A stretch of 64,000 bases of DNA, taken from Aplysia californica. Taxonomy: Eukaryota. Within the stretch, counting starts at the first letter, position 1. The number at the start of each line of letters is the position of its first letter. The notes below the pieces were generated by a model. The model did no database searches. It worked only from the letters and a program-made list of their open reading frames with translations, and was not told the origin of the DNA. The DNA is taken from assembly GCF_000002075.1 (NCBI RefSeq), contig NW_004797831.1:62001-126000 (forward strand). Reading direction: 5' to 3'. Position numbers and translations under genes: made by a program. Of the stretch, positions 1 through 14,900 are shown in pieces.

Positions 1-1640
1 TTGTACACATGATCTCAACATGGGCAAAAAAAGGAAGCCCAGATCCTTGAAAGTGAGATATTATACAAGACAAAAAACAAAGGAGATAAAACTGGGAATC
101 CGCACTGGCGTAATACAGTACTTTTTTTCTTCTGCATAATGTAGAAATATAAATTGATAGAGGGTAATTTCCAATGATTTCAAAATACAATGAAACCTAA
201 AATAAAAGGATGCAACAACTCAGAATCATTTATGATTAAATTTATAGAAATCTTTGTAGACCATCACTGGTAACATAACAACACTATTTTATCACTGGTA
301 TGAATAGCAACACAGAATGCTCTTATTCATAATAAAATCCTGAAAAGAAAAGCTCCAAGAAAGAACCGTTACAAGGAATTCCTGAAGGCCAAAATGCCCA
401 CACTTAATACAACGACAGTACATATGTTCACACAAACAAGACTATATTTTCTCCACTTCATCTGCCATTGACTTGTCTCGGAGATCTTAAAAATATCCCT
501 ATCCAAGACAAAAACCTTTGCATGCATGCTAGGTGAGTGATAGGGCGAAACACAATCTGAAACCCAGACAAATTTAGTTCTGGAAGAGTATGATCAAAAT
601 TAATGGCGGTAAATTTTTTCTTTCACATCCGCACCCCCATGCACTGCTTTTGGTTGTGGAACGAACACACATATAGCCAATAAAATTGTCGCATATCAAT
701 TACTTTCAAGAAAATTTCAAACATGAAACATCTTAGATTTTTTGTACCTCAGAATGGGGCTACCCTCTGAAATCTCCAAGATTTAAAAAAAAGGTGAGAC
801 ATAAGCACTTAGGTCCAGTGCAATATAGTTCTAATAAAAAATCAACTAAAATTTAAAAACAATTTGTGATGGTTTTAAAGTCAAAATTTGTGCAAAACGG
901 GATAAAAAAGAACTTTAAAAGTTCAGTACAATACCCAGGCACGAGATGGGAGTGAAAGTAAAATATTAGCTTAACTGTTTGAAACATTGTTTCTGTCATT
1001 GTAATCTCATTTATCAGGAGTATATATTATGTCATCTGGACTATTTTGACAATAGAATACAAAGAAGTGATAACTGTGACAAGAAATACATCATGTAGTT
1101 GTGCGATATGGTAAAATGTATATATAACACATGACCTTTAGCTGCTCTTGAAGTCATTCAATGAAAGAAAGAAAAAGTAAATAAAATAAAATTACCACAA
1201 AATGTAAATGCATTAACTATCCATTCCTTAGAATTATATTCATCAACAAACAAGATAATCTGCTAATTAGAGGCATACTGCTGTAGGTTGGTGCTTTTTC
1301 TCTGATCTATGCTTCCGTTGTCAAGGGCGAGATTCTATAAATGCATCGTAGAGAAGTTAGCTGGATTGACCAATGGACTCCTCAGATAACAGATAAAAAT
1401 AGCAAGTAACCTGGGTGTTCAAAAGATTTTTATAATTTTAATACAGGAAAATGTTTTTGTAAAATTTCAATGATAATGACCACATAAATAAAAATAATAG
1501 GCTAATAATAATAATAATAGTAATAACAATAAAAAATTATTATAACATAACAGCAACAGACAAATAACACACTTTTAAACACAGATTTTCAGATCTTAGA
1601 GAGGAGGCACACACGGTTAATGTTAACAATTTCTGTAACT

Positions 1641-4600
1641 TTAACTAGCTCTCAGATCTTCTGGGGTGTCTGGCTGCCTGAAGGCGTCCCCAGCAATGAC
1701 GGCCGGTAACTTGATCAGCTCTTCATACACCCTCATTATCACAGGGTAATTCTTAACGTCAACACCAAATCTGAAACAAAACAGACGTGTCAAAAATAAA
1801 TGTTAAAATATGTACACACACACACGCACGTACATATATATCTATATATCACAACAAACAAACTTTGAAAAGCTGTTTTGAATTCAAATTACAGAGATGC
1901 TTCTTAAACTTTCCTCATTTGAATCAGAACTTCTTTGAAAAAAAAAAGTATTCTTTTTAAAGAAACCACCACCTATCACTTTCATTTGGATTTAGTTACT
2001 GAGAGGTAATACTGGAAGTTAAGACAAAGAGAAGTTTGCTAAAACTCTCACTCATTTGGTTTTTAGTTGAAGTAAGAGTGGCACTAGCAACACAAGAAAT
2101 AGGTCATGAAAGTGACAAAGATTAGAGGTATCACTGTAATAACAAGAAAGAAACGTACAAAGAAAAGAAGGAGGAGAGATAAGGACAATAGATATTCGAT
2201 AGGAAAAAAGGAGCAAACTACACCAGAGCACCGGCTAAAAACCGACTTTGATTTGGTGGTGTATATTGTACTCTTGATTTGTCGGAACAGCAACAGAACA
2301 ATGCTTACCTTTGTGCTCCATACACTTGGGGTATAAGGCATAGGTCGGCCATTGTCATCTGGTTGCCATAGCAATACTGGCCAGCGGTTTTCTCAAGCAT
2401 TGCCTCCAGAGCTGAAGAAAAGTAAACACATTTTCAGATCTCAGTTCATTCAGAGACTACCATCCTGGCTACTGGGATACAGACAAAAGATAAATTGGCA
2501 GAAGTCTTCTATCATTTCTAAACAATTTTACAGGTGAGCCAGAAAACTGAATGTTGTTGTTACCACGAAACAAACTCTTTGCAAACATCCCCAGTCAATA
2601 TTTAAAAAAATACAATTTTGATAATAACTTCCTTATTTACCTTTAGATTATAGTAAAGGTTGATTTTTTTTTTTTTCAAATTAAAGGAAATATTGTTTTG
2701 TTGGTAACAACATTCAGTTTTTGGTCTATCCTGAAAAATTGTACAAACTGCATGTTACTGTACTTTTAAGAATGACAGCAGAGATGGAGTTTGAAGGTTT
2801 CTTGCATTTCCTTGAGAGGTTAATTTCTTCTTTGTCCAACACATTGAAGGAGGACAGAATGCTTTTGTATGCTGCTGAACTCTAACAACATATTAAACAA
2901 ACATACATCAATATACATGCCAGAACACTCCCCCCTCACCTGCACTCATGTGAACTTATGCAGTTGCAAGCTCTGTAAAACTCTTACCAAGGGAAAAAAA
3001 CAACACTCCCACCTCTCGCACACAAATATATACAGCATTTACTTATGCACATACACACTATTTTTCTGTATCATTATGTAAACAAACACGATGATACATG
3101 CAAGGCTTGGCCCACTCACACTCTGCCAGTACAGATGTCATAAATTCTAAAGCACTGGCTCAAAACATATTCCAAAGGGTGAAGGTAAGATCCATACAAA
3201 TTACAAATACTCGTAATATTCAATGCCATTCGTGTTAACTCTGAAAAGCCCATATTTCCTTTCCCCTCAATTTGTCTTTTTTTTTTCCTTCTAAATAGGA
3301 CCCATAGAAAAAAAAAAAGAAGAAAAATAGAATCAGTGCTTTACAGTAAGAAAGTAGACTAACATACAATAAGTAGTGCAGGAAAAAAAAATCTGAATAA
3401 GTCACTTACCCTTAAAACCTTTTGTAATGTAAAAGTTGGCCCATTCCACCTTGGTGTCACCAATCTTCTGAAGGACGTTCAAGTTCTGCAGTGGTTGGAT
3501 TCCGCTGTTGATGACCTCAGATAAAGCTCTCACCTGGTGACAGTTAGAAAATCAGAGAATTTATCAGGAAATGATCGAAAGCTGAAACTCCCTCCAGAAA
3601 AAACTGAGAAAAACAAAGAGCTCGTTAGAAAATGTCAGCGTGCAGAAGTGACTAACCAAACAGTTTCAATTTCATAACGGCAAGGATGCTGATTCGTACT
3701 GCCTTGAACTGGTATGCAGTAGTCTTCTATGGTCATACTTAGGTCTTCTTTCCAGCTCTTGTTTTTTACATATGCACGAGGATAAAAGGATGAAGTTAAT
3801 GAGAAAAAGGAAAGTGTCTTTAGTTTTAGTAAGAGTTTTACGAATTTGCAACACAATAAGGTAATATAAGTGCCAAAGATTAGAAGTGTTTCAGGAGAGT
3901 AACAAACACAAAAAAGAAGGAGGAGAGATCAGGACGAAAGAAATTTATAGGAAAGAAGGAGCAAACCACATTACACCCGCCAACCACCTATAAAGTGTCT
4001 TTAAGGAACATTTAGAAGATTAGAGAGTGAGGAGAACAGAGCAAGAGGTAGCAGTAGGCTAGTACTTGTAGGAAGCATCTAAAATCACTCCTTACAAAAA
4101 AAGAAGACACCAGCTGTTGAGACTGCATATCAATGTGGATTCAGAAATCAGACAAAAACTGTTTTGCTAAATGTGGCATGATGACAGCCATACTTCACTA
4201 TCCCCATAGTTGAGAATGCAAGGCTCAAGACTGGTCTTTAATGTTTCAACAATAGCATTTTATAGGTCAGTTGTTTGCATGCACTAACTCCAAAATGTTA
4301 TTGCAGTTTCTTCATCCGTGGTATCAGTTGCATGTGGTCCTGAAATATTTGGTCGAAATTTTGAAAAAGGGAGAAAAGATTCACAGTTCAGGTATAATTT
4401 GTAAAAGAATGAAATAGTTTTTTTTCCTCCTGCATAATTTTGCTTTCTGTCATAAAACAAAAGCCCACCCAATGACACTGCACACTAACTCCTTCATTCT
4501 GCAGAGAAAAAAAAAAGGAGACTTTCTGTACCTGAGCTCTGCCTGCAGCATCTGGAGGCAACAGAGCTGGGGTTGGGTTTCTCTCCTCCAAGTACTCCAT

Positions 4601-7600
4601 TATCGCTAGCTGGAATGGATAAAGGGAGGCAGCATAAGGGAAAGGACAAAGCACATCAAACAAATGCAACAAAACACTATGACAGCATTGGAAAAAGATC
4701 ATCGTATGAACTCCTGGGATAATATTTATTTAGTACCTGTAAGTTTGATTCCAGAGTCCATGTACTAGATCTAGTATCATGTACCTTTCAATGCATGATA
4801 TATACACCTACAAAAAGTAACAAATCAGATATTTTTCAAGTCATACCACATTAAATTCACCTTGCAGTCTTTCCTTCACTTTCATTTCATAAGTGCCCAC
4901 CTTTGAACCTCGCAAGGCATGATAATTTGCCTCACAGCAAGGAATGTAATGCAAATATACTTATATTAAAAAGAAGTCCTTTTAATTTATCTAAGAAAGC
5001 CACAACAACATCACTTTAAAAAAAAGTTAGTTTAGTGAAAGTTTTACGGCGCCCGCAACGGCATAAGGTCTTATGAGCGCGCATATCATTCTTCGACAGT
5101 TAGCCAGCTTACAACAGGAAAATGAAAGTGGTATTTCTTTTCATGAACGATAAAAAGCAATAGTGTAATCAATGAACTGTCAATTTTACAAGTTAACGAA
5201 TCTGCTCAAAAGACGCTGTACCGCTAATTTCTGTTGTTGTTTTGTTTCCCTCATTTATTATTATAAATATCTGCTTGCCTGTACTAAAACTGTGTCCTCA
5301 TACATCAAATCTTCATTCTTTCCTCATTATATTGGTGGGTACTAAAAGCGTGCGGCTTGAAACCTTTCTTTTTCAAAGATGAAAATGCTAACATATTATA
5401 TTATGAATACTTTCAATCAAAACGTGCGGCAACAGAATGTGGAATAGGCATTATGATTATATGACTTGCATAGTTTAGCAGTCAGTTCAAGCACAACTCT
5501 TAGTGGTTATTCTAGCTACAGTAAGCCCAGATTTACAGCAACAAAATACTTACAGACTGTGTGAGGGTGAGACCATCAATGATCAGAGTCGGGAGCTGAC
5601 CCATGGGGTTCAATTTCTTGTATTCCTCTGAGTGCTAGTGAAATTTAAAAAAAGAAAACCATGACATAGAGACACACTTCACCACACGTCAACTAGCGTA
5701 AAGTTTTCATCAAAATAAAACGGAATCTGTTTGAACTGAAATCTATTGGATTTTCAGATTTTCTTTGCTTTAGCCGTCTTTTCAGTTTAGAGAATTTTGC
5801 TCAAATAGAAGAAGAAAAAAAATCAGGGATTGTATTTCCTTTCTGTTTACTGCTGTTTTTGTATCAACTGTGTTCAATTTAATGTGCTCTCCACTGTATT
5901 TGTCACCACACACAGTCTTTGACTTAAATCTTCCTAATGGACTGACGCATAAAAATACCTGCCCATTCCTTGTCTCTTTATCTCAGACTTGCTGAGATAG
6001 TTCATGCAAATACCCACCAGTGGGCCAATCAGTCCTGTGTAGGGGATTCACATGTGAAGTGCTCCCAGCCCTGCATGGTACTAATGTAGGTTATATTCTT
6101 ATATAGTCTGTTTATATTTCTTTGGGCAAGGAAGAACCCTCTCAAATTCTTACCAGTTTAACACTGAAGACATACTAAACTGCAGATTCAAAACAAAATC
6201 AATGACCGTTATACTATAGGAAGACCATGTCTCTATCTCGTCATCCCCAACCAATCATATCTTTCCCCTTGGTCCATAATAAAGTCAGGTTTATGCTAAT
6301 TTGCTAATCATATTTTCTTTAAAAAAAATTTTTTTTTTTGGGGGGGGGCGCTGAAATATCCTTGCCATGTAGGCCTACACAATATTGATTGTTACACAGT
6401 TAAGTCACAAGCAGGACACATCCACTAAATTACAAAAAAAACCCAAACAAACAGCAAAACTTCTAACAAATCAATTTTGACTTTCAGTCATGTTTAATAC
6501 TTACTTGTTCTCCACCATTTTTAAGAAGATGAACAGCTTTGTATTCATACTTGATGTCTTTCAAGGCCAGAGCTGTTATAAACAGAAAATGTAACCAAAA
6601 TGTCAGTACAAGAGCAAACATATTATAGCCTACACTGTTGAAACAGCAGGAGAAATTTACTAAAATCAATTTGCATAAAAATTTTGAAAACTTTGTTACA
6701 AAAAATAGCCCAAATTCATTTTACCTGACTCACAGGTTCACAATAAAATGAAATCATCAAAATATTTAAGCCAACAAGTTTCTTTTTCTAAAAACTTAAA
6801 TTACAAATGCACATTAAAAATATCTATGTGTAACTGTTGGAAGGAGTCTTTGGATTTCTTCAGTCACAATGGTGCATTTCAATTGAGAGCCCCCATGCCT
6901 CTCTGAAGATACATATATGGACATCACACTGTGCCCACAAAGAATAGTCTACATAATAATTTAATATAGCCTTTCGAGTGATTATTTATTTTTGTGCACT
7001 GACTTTCCATTGAAGCATAGCCAGATTGTCCTTTGTTCAAAACGCATGCTAAGTACAAATGTACGCATATCAAGCAGCAGCAAGTTACTCAGTAGGGAAA
7101 AAAAGTGAGAATACATCAATAGATTTCTATGACAGCACAAACTTACCAATACGAACCCTCCAGGAAGCAGAACTTCTGAAGTAACCATAAAGCACAACCT
7201 GAAATTTTCATACACAAAATCATTTTGAGCAACCTTTATATTTTTGAATTCACATTGTTCACATGATATACTACAGTGGAGTCTGCTTAAACTGACATGT
7301 GGGATCACCAGATTTTCTTGGGTTCAGTTAATTGTTTTTTTCGGTTTAATTAGATCTAGATTATAGAGTAGAGGTTGGTCAAATAGAAAAACCCGTGTGC
7401 AAGTTGCGCACGTTAAAGATCCCTTGGTGGTCTAAAATCGATAAGAGTAGGCTTCGGCCGCCACCCGGGCCAAATTAAAAATTTCCTACCAACTGAAAAT
7501 ATTAGGTGTGTCCTGCGCGCTCATATGACCTTTATGCAGTTGCGAACGCCGTAAAACACTTTACAAAAAAACAAAACAAAATAGAAAACAAAATTGAGGC

Positions 7601-8419
7601 ATTTCTTTTCTTTCTATTTACTGCTGTTTTCTGATTCACTGTCTTCAGTTTAAACAGACTCCACTGTAGGTCTATAATGCAGAATCTATAGATCTAGATC
7701 TAGGATCTATATATATCAATTTCACACCTCAACTTTAAAAAACCAACTACAGTCACAAAATGGAAACAATTATATTTGAATCTTACAGCCGAGAGCCATG
7801 CCATTATATTCAAAGTACTAGATCTAGATCTTGTAAAGTAGTACAACTAGGCTACATTACATCAACAATAATACGTTCACTGCGCCCTGAAAGTAATTTG
7901 CAATTTAAGAATGATCTTGTTGCTTACTTCATCCCCTGGATCCTTTTCCCTTTTGCTCCTTTTTTTCACCCCCTCCCACCCCTCTTCCCTCCTTGTTGGC
8001 CTTCTTCCATTCTTCCTTGTTTCTTCGAACGACTTTTATTTTCAAATTGTCAAGTGTTGCCAGGTCAGCACACGGAAAGAGGATCGAAGTCGTGTTCCGC
8101 GCACAGGGCGAGAAAGGCTTTTTTGTCGACTGTGCCACTGTGGCTGTTTTGCTCTGCATTCCTTCGCCCTCCGTAAACTCTGTTGCATTATTTTTCATGC
8201 AAGTATTCATGTGCTGTTTCCTCATTCACTTTGAGCGACCAAGTGTTTCAGTCGTGCTTCTTTGCCAACAGTGGATGATTCAGGGCGCGTGAATGTAGCC
8301 TGCAAACTACGTTCAGCCTTGCAGGGCGCTGATTTGCAAAACAGTCGTAGGCCTATCCTATAGCAACAAACTTGAAATGATGCCTATGCATTTTACGTAC
8401 AACGTACCTTATCTGCCAT
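1641..8419 (-). CDS. GSTZ1: Glutathione S-transferase zeta / maleylacetoacetate isomerase, paralogue 1 (215 aa, 8 coding exons)
   Basis: Exons 8419-8408, 7198-7147, 6572-6505, 5634-5554, 4609-4532, 3533-3410, 2411-2309, 1770-1641; all GT-AG with consistent phases, 648 nt. Protein [32 protein letters not shown]...[10 protein letters not shown]...[12 protein letters not shown]...SGIQPLQNL...[10 protein letters not shown]...[12 protein letters not shown], carrying zeta-class signatures. Confidence 0.95.
2531..2733. mobile_element. Tc1/mariner-type MITE
   Basis: TA-CAGGTGAGCCAGAAAACTGAATGTTGTT ... AACAACATTCAGTTTTTGGTCTATCCTG; imperfect TIR. Confidence 0.6.
7274..7666. mobile_element. Tc1/mariner-type MITE hosting the SINE above
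   Basis: TA-CAGTGGAGTCTGCTTAAACTGA ... TCAGTTTAAACAGACTCCACTG-TA; a degenerate second copy lies at about 5720-5897. Confidence 0.75.
7391..7577 (+). mobile_element. 5'-truncated SINE with a Meta-domain-like motif and the shared 3' tail
   Basis: Contains GCACGTTAAAGATCCCTTGGTGGTC and the tail GCGCTCATATGACC..GCAGTTGCGAACGCCGTAAAAC followed by A-rich sequence. 10-bp TSD AAATAGAAAA. Related reverse-strand fragments occur at about 9232-9480 and 13362-13550. Confidence 0.7.
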
Positions 8420-10149
8420 GATCTAATCGTACACACAATAGATCTATAGAGAGAGAGCAGCGTGTAACTTAGTGTAAATGCAAGACGCTGTAGTGTAGTC
8501 AGTAATGTCCTCCCGGTCTAGCAGATCGTATTTCGCCAAGTGTCACTTTTACTGCACAACGCCGCACAACCCATGACCAGTATAATTATGATGGCAGTTT
8601 TAGAAGTTTAAAATGTTCCATTTCTTTCAGCGCTTTTAAAACGTTAAAGAAACTTATCGCAATTTAAATTCCCGAACGAATTGCATCATGTTCTAAATGA
8701 ATGGAAACACAGGACTTGCCCCCACTCCTACGTGAGTCAGTGGAGTAAACAAAAATATTCTAAAAATCTCATTTTAATTCTGTCACATGTCTGCGTATGA
8801 CAAGGAATCATGGCATGAAAAGAGAACACAAGAAAATGTCGCACCCTGACCCCTCTGAGGCATCAGTTTTGAATGTCTTATTGCAACATTACACATAATC
8901 AAGTGCTACCCCAGGGTAGTGGAGCTACTTTTTCAAATACACAATGTAATGATAAGTCAAAATAGTACAGGTTGACTCAAGGTGATGGCTAATTTTTCAC
9001 AGCTCAGAATAATTCCATTGTTTTTCTTTGCATTCCTCTGACTAGAAACTAAACTGCAGCTGATTCTTCAACCTGTAATGCAACTGATTTTTAAGTACGC
9101 GACTGTTTTTCCTACTTCGTAGGCCTCCTTGCCTTCAGGCAGCCACACTCCATTTCAAAACTTATTATTTTTAATACAGACTAGAGTATGCCAATTTTCA
9201 CTTTTGACAGAAATTAATTTTGAGTTCTGTTCGGGTTGCGGCCGAAGCCTACTAGTTATTGACTGTAAGCTGTAAGACCACTAATGGATCTTTAAAAATA
9301 AGCGCAGTTTGCAGGCTAAGTGTTTGATCTAAGATCACGGTGTGGCTTAAAAGACATTAATAGGAAGGAGTCAAAAATAGTGGTAGAAAGAATTAAGAGA
9401 AAGGGAGAGAAGAACGGAGGAAATCGGGGTAAAAATGAAAGTAGAAGGCAGATCAAGAAAAAAACCCAGAAAAGAAGGTTAGAGGAGAACATTTCGGAGA
9501 AGAACATTTTTTGCTGCTGGCAGGTTTCAATCCTTTTGACTGAGAAGTGATGAACTGTACCTCTCATCCTTGTGTTCAGATTTACATGTATTTTCCAACC
9601 CACTACATTCTTTGCCGATGCTAAAAGAGTGGATCTTTTTATAAATAAATAAAGGCTGATGTAAAGCAATTAAGACTTTGCTATTGAAGTTGACAGTTTA
9701 GTAGAAGTTTCACGGCGCTCGCAACTGCATAAGGTCATATGAGCGCTGAAGTTGACAGGAAACTTGTCCAACCAGTAGTCTTGTCCAACAAGTAGTGTTG
9801 AAGAACAATAAAGCACAACAGCATGAGCCATGAGCTGCTGTGACACAGCTATAGTAGAAGGCCTGACCTTGTGTCAGTTATCAACGTTAATTCATTCAGC
9901 CATTAGTCAAAAAAGGTGATTAAAGTAACTTGAAGGCACTACATTCACGTATAAAAAAATATTATTCTAAATGGTCTATCTTCGTTTCTTTTTCTCTTTT
10001 CCTTTCTTGGCACTAGACTATATATTTTGTTCTTGACTGCATTTGTGAATGTGTTGGTTTTTTTTTTTAACATAAAAAGAAATCAACAAAGAGTCATAAT
10101 GGCAAAGTCTTTAATTTCAATCATGTCGCGATAGTAGAGGAATCTACAA

Positions 10150-10292
10150 NNNNNNNNNNNNNNNNNNNNNNNNNNNNNNNNNNNNNNNNNNNNNNNNNNN
10201 NNNNNNNNNNNNNNNNNNNNNNNNNNNNNNNNNNNNNNNNNNNNNNNNNNNNNNNNNNNNNNNNNNNNNNNNNNNNNNNNNNNNNNNNNNNN
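10150..10292. other. Assembly gap between the GSTZ paralogues
   Basis: Run of N. Confidence 1.
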
Positions 10293-11943
10293 TGAGTTCT
10301 AATACAGTTCTTTCAGTGTGCAGCCAGTAAGGCAAAAAGAAGTAAACACAAACATTTCTTTCACCCATCATGGAGCTTTCATTAGAGATTCTCACCATAG
10401 ATATAGATATACATCTCCCTCAAGACAATAAGTAGGAACAAGAACAAATTTCAAATTGACATTAATCAATAAAAAAAAAAAAAATGTAGTCAACATGAAC
10501 ATACACAGAAAATAATTCTTTAGATTAAAATGAAAACTTAAACAGTCGAGTGTGAATCAATTTACATTATATATATATATATATGTAGCGTTTTCTTGCA
10601 ATGTGTAGGCCTGGACTGTGCTAACAACATGAGTAGAAGTAAAAAAAAATCATAAGGGCTTACAAGACTCATGTTAGCCTAACCATAACAGCAGTTTTGT
10701 ACCATCCTGAAGTCAGCTGTTAGGGAAATTTGACTGACCCAGAAACTCCTCTAGGCTAAGGGCTGAATTAACATGACTCATACGTTTATTATAAATCAGA
10801 ACTAGATGCTTATCAGAAAACGATCCTTTTTATAGTACATCTTTTAAAATAAGGCAAAAATAGACTTGCGAAAATATCAGGATTTCAAAACTAATAAATG
10901 TAAAATTATGGCACTATGGATCACCACGACAACATGAGGAGGACAAAGATCAAGACCGTGAACAAATTGTGAGGTAGCAACATGGGTCGCACCAAACTCT
11001 TAGACATTGGAAGTCACTAACCAGCGGTGAAATTGCGCAACTACGGCAGCTAGTCTTCTTAGTAGTCGCTTAGGGAAATTCAGAATAATTTTTTATTTAT
11101 TCAGTCCAGTATTGTATTGGAAGTCAGAAAAGGAAGCAGATATAAAATGTGTGCTCTAAAAATATCGTACTTGAAAGCAGTTTACTGCGTGTACTTGTGT
11201 AATTTGCAGGGTTGAGAGCCCAGTAGTTTAGTTTTAGTCATAGTTTTGTGGTACTTTCAATACAAATAGGTCATCATATATTTTAAGCATAAAAGATATG
11301 AGGTAGATCGAGGTGTTACTGGAGAGAAACATACCTTCATCAATTTGTCTTATTTTTTCTGAACATCTAGGTGCGTACGGTAATACATGTTTGTAGCTTG
11401 AAAATTATCTTCATTACCATGAAAATGTAACTGTATGCTTATTTTCAACAAAACTTTCTGCCACAAAACAAGGATATGCTTACAACTTGGGAGAGAAAAA
11501 ATGTAATTGAAGATGTTTTACGCCTCATCCACACAATTCAGATCATTTAGGAAGCTATTATACACGATAAAAATAATCAGGAATAAATGTAGTTTGAATG
11601 TACTCAATAGAATACATTGAAAAGCTGAACTAGAGGAGGTAAGGACTCGCAAAGCCAACCTTCCTCCACATAGCCCTCGATCTCCCAGTTCTCAGCACTT
11701 TGAACGATTGGTTGTCAGGCAATTATATCATGATCCTGTACAAAAGAAGCTTCCAGACCTATCTCTTTACTGACAGCTTCAGTATGATCTTCTACTTAAA
11801 CGTTTGCAGTAGGCTATAGCAAAAAAAACCAAAATATAAAAATGCCATTTACTAAGAGAAAAAACAAAACAAGTGTTCCTAAAAAAATTCATTTCCCAAA
11901 GGGGGCATGAAGGCACCATAAAGTGTTAAATGCAAGCTAATTT

Positions 11944-14900
11944 CTAATCAATTCTTTCAGCATCTGGAGTGTCTGGCTGTCTGCGGGCATCAGCAACTTT
12001 GAACTCGGGTAGTTTATTCAGTTCTTCATACACTCTGCTCACAACAGGATACTGGGTCACGTCAACAGAAAACCTGGGAAAATGTAAAAAGTAATTACTG
12101 GCATACAACACTGGTGAAATTAAGCAGGTATGCATGTACAGTATGAATATCGTCATCATTGTATAAAACTTTCCTTTCTCAAGTATTTATTTCTCTGTCC
12201 TTACATATTGGCTATTGTTACAGGGAGCAACATCAAATACTTTTAGCAGCTCTTAAAACTTTCCTTGAGGAAAATACCTATAACGTGCCATACCAATCAC
12301 TGTGGAGCGCATGTCAGTGTGCTATGGGCTGCTCAACTTATCCTTGTGAAACGCATGTATATATGCATTCAGTAAAACTGTGATCGAATTCAAGAAAAGT
12401 ACGAAGGCTCACTTACGAATACTACTCCCAGTAATAAAGTATAGTTATTTCTGAATGCTTGTTATCTACTTTTGACTTAAGACAAAGAAACCACACTTTA
12501 ATTGTGATTTATGCGCTACTCCTGCTAACCATGTTAGTCAGTCACGCTTGCTCTGGAGTTCAACATGGCTTCATGCAGCAAAATGACTCACTTGAAGACT
12601 GCAAAGCAAGTGTCTTAGTTGATTTTTCCTTTAAAAAATCTTCATATTTGAATTAAAATTTTCCATTCAAGACAAAGGGCCAAAAGAAAGACAGGCAGCT
12701 GGGAGGGGCAAAGTCCATACTGTGGAGAACAGTTTCCAGAGACTAGATAAAACACAAATAAACTTTTTTGTGTTTGTGTTTTGTTTTTCAATGTACAAAG
12801 AACAAATCAAGACTGTAGCTGATACAGGTTTACTTTGGTGACAGCATGATTCAGCAATTAGTGGATTTTGAGTGAAGTTGTTTCGTCTAGAGCCTTCTAA
12901 AGAGTTCCTAGATATGATGCCATACCAGAATCAAGTCTTACACAAGATTTACTACACTGCAGCAGCAATAGAATCTCACTGAATTAGAAACGAAAACTAG
13001 CATTGATCTAAAACTTGGAAACTAAGCTGAAACCTTCTGTAACCTTTTCTTGAATGTATATTGGTGTTGTTACAAGAAAAATGTGTAACTCTATTACAGC
13101 CTGCCTTGCAGGATGAGCAAGTTTACGTTTGGAGCTACTCATTTGTCTTGAGCAGCGGCAATATATGCAGTCGACTCCGCTTGTGCTGAACTCGCTTGAG
13201 TTGATCTTCCGTTACGTTGATCTTTTTCACGGGTCCCAGCACCTCTTTTTCTATACATTTCCCAACAGTTAAGTTGAACTTTGGAAGAGTTGATCTTTTT
13301 TTCCCTCCCCCGACAACATCAGCACAAGCGGAGTCGACTACACTACACATTAGCATAGTTGGAGTTGTGGCCCAAGCCTACTGTTATTGACTGCAGGACC
13401 ACCAAGGGATCTTTAAAAACATGTGCAGCTTGCAGGCTAGGTGTTTGATCTTACCTACCCTAAGATCAGGGTGTGGCTGAAAGACAGCAGTAGGAGGGAG
13501 CCAGGGATAGCTGCAGAAAACACTAAGAGAAAGGGAGAGAAAAACAGAGGCCTACCTTGTGAGAGCACTGAACACTTGAGGAACAAGGCAAGCGTCCGCC
13601 ATAGTCACCTGGTCCCCATAGCTGTACCTCCCTGCGGTCTCCTGCATCAAGCTATTCAGCGCTAAAGTAAGGAAAATAGAGTGGGATAATATCATTTTTT
13701 TTAAAAAGACCTTGAACATTAAAAAAATTAAGTTCCACTCTTTTTAAGATAATCAAAGAATGACAGCAGCAAATTTGATTTTATAATAAAAAATGAAATG
13801 TCAAAATCATGTAATGTTTCGCTGCAATAACATTTTTTCTTCTTAATCATCCTATCACCACTCTGATATTACAGAAACATATTTATCGAACTACAATGAA
13901 AAGAATGAAATAAACTTCCATCTGACCAGACATGGCGATCACTGTCACAGGGAACTTGTAATAAACCAGAATGTCAAGACTATGACTCACTCTTTTGCCG
14001 GTGATCTCATCTACATGTTGCAATCACACATAAAATGTATATCAGTACACAGTTTTATAGACAAAAACAGAGAATTTTAAAAAGACAAATCAAGTTTTAT
14101 GTACCCGGTATCATACTTAATTGTGTCATCCCCAGCAGAAAAAAATTCCCACAAAGGTATTCTAATATAAAACTACATGCACTTGACCTTTCTTCAAAGG
14201 AGTATTTGGTTTAAAAAAATTAACATCAAAATGATGCTATTTTAAATGCGAACACTCACGGCAAGTTGAACCTCCCCCCCCCCCAACCCCCCCAGCAAGC
14301 TTTCATGTTTCTGGTATGACACCCACCTTCAAGACCTCTAGAGACATAAAAGTGTCCCCAGTCTTTGTGCGTCTCCTGAACTTTCTTGATAACACCCACT
14401 GTTTGATATGGCTGAATGCCGCTGTTGACCACTTCCGACAGGGCCCTCACCTAAAACACAAATCATATCTCCATAAAAACACATTACGTAAAACCAAAGG
14501 TCACAACATATTAACGAGTGCATGGAGCACCAGAGAGGGGAATAAATGAATACAAATCAAAATAAAACAAGCAGAATAAGAATCTTGCTGGCATCTCGCA
14601 AAACTTCAAGGTTCTATAAAAGAGTAAAATGAATGTAGGTTTCAAACGAGCAGGTAAATTTACTTCCTCTCAAAGGAATTTCTATTGCTAGAAATCCATT
14701 GAACGAAGATATAATATAAGATATAATGTAAGAAGTACACACATACACACACACACAAATATATATAACATATGTGTGTGTGTACTTCTTTACATACATT
14801 GTGAATGCGAAGAAAAAATTAATTTGGGAGCGGACAGCGAGTTTATCTTGTTTACTATGAAAGAATTCACTTCCTTTTCAATCTTTCATGTTTCAATCTT

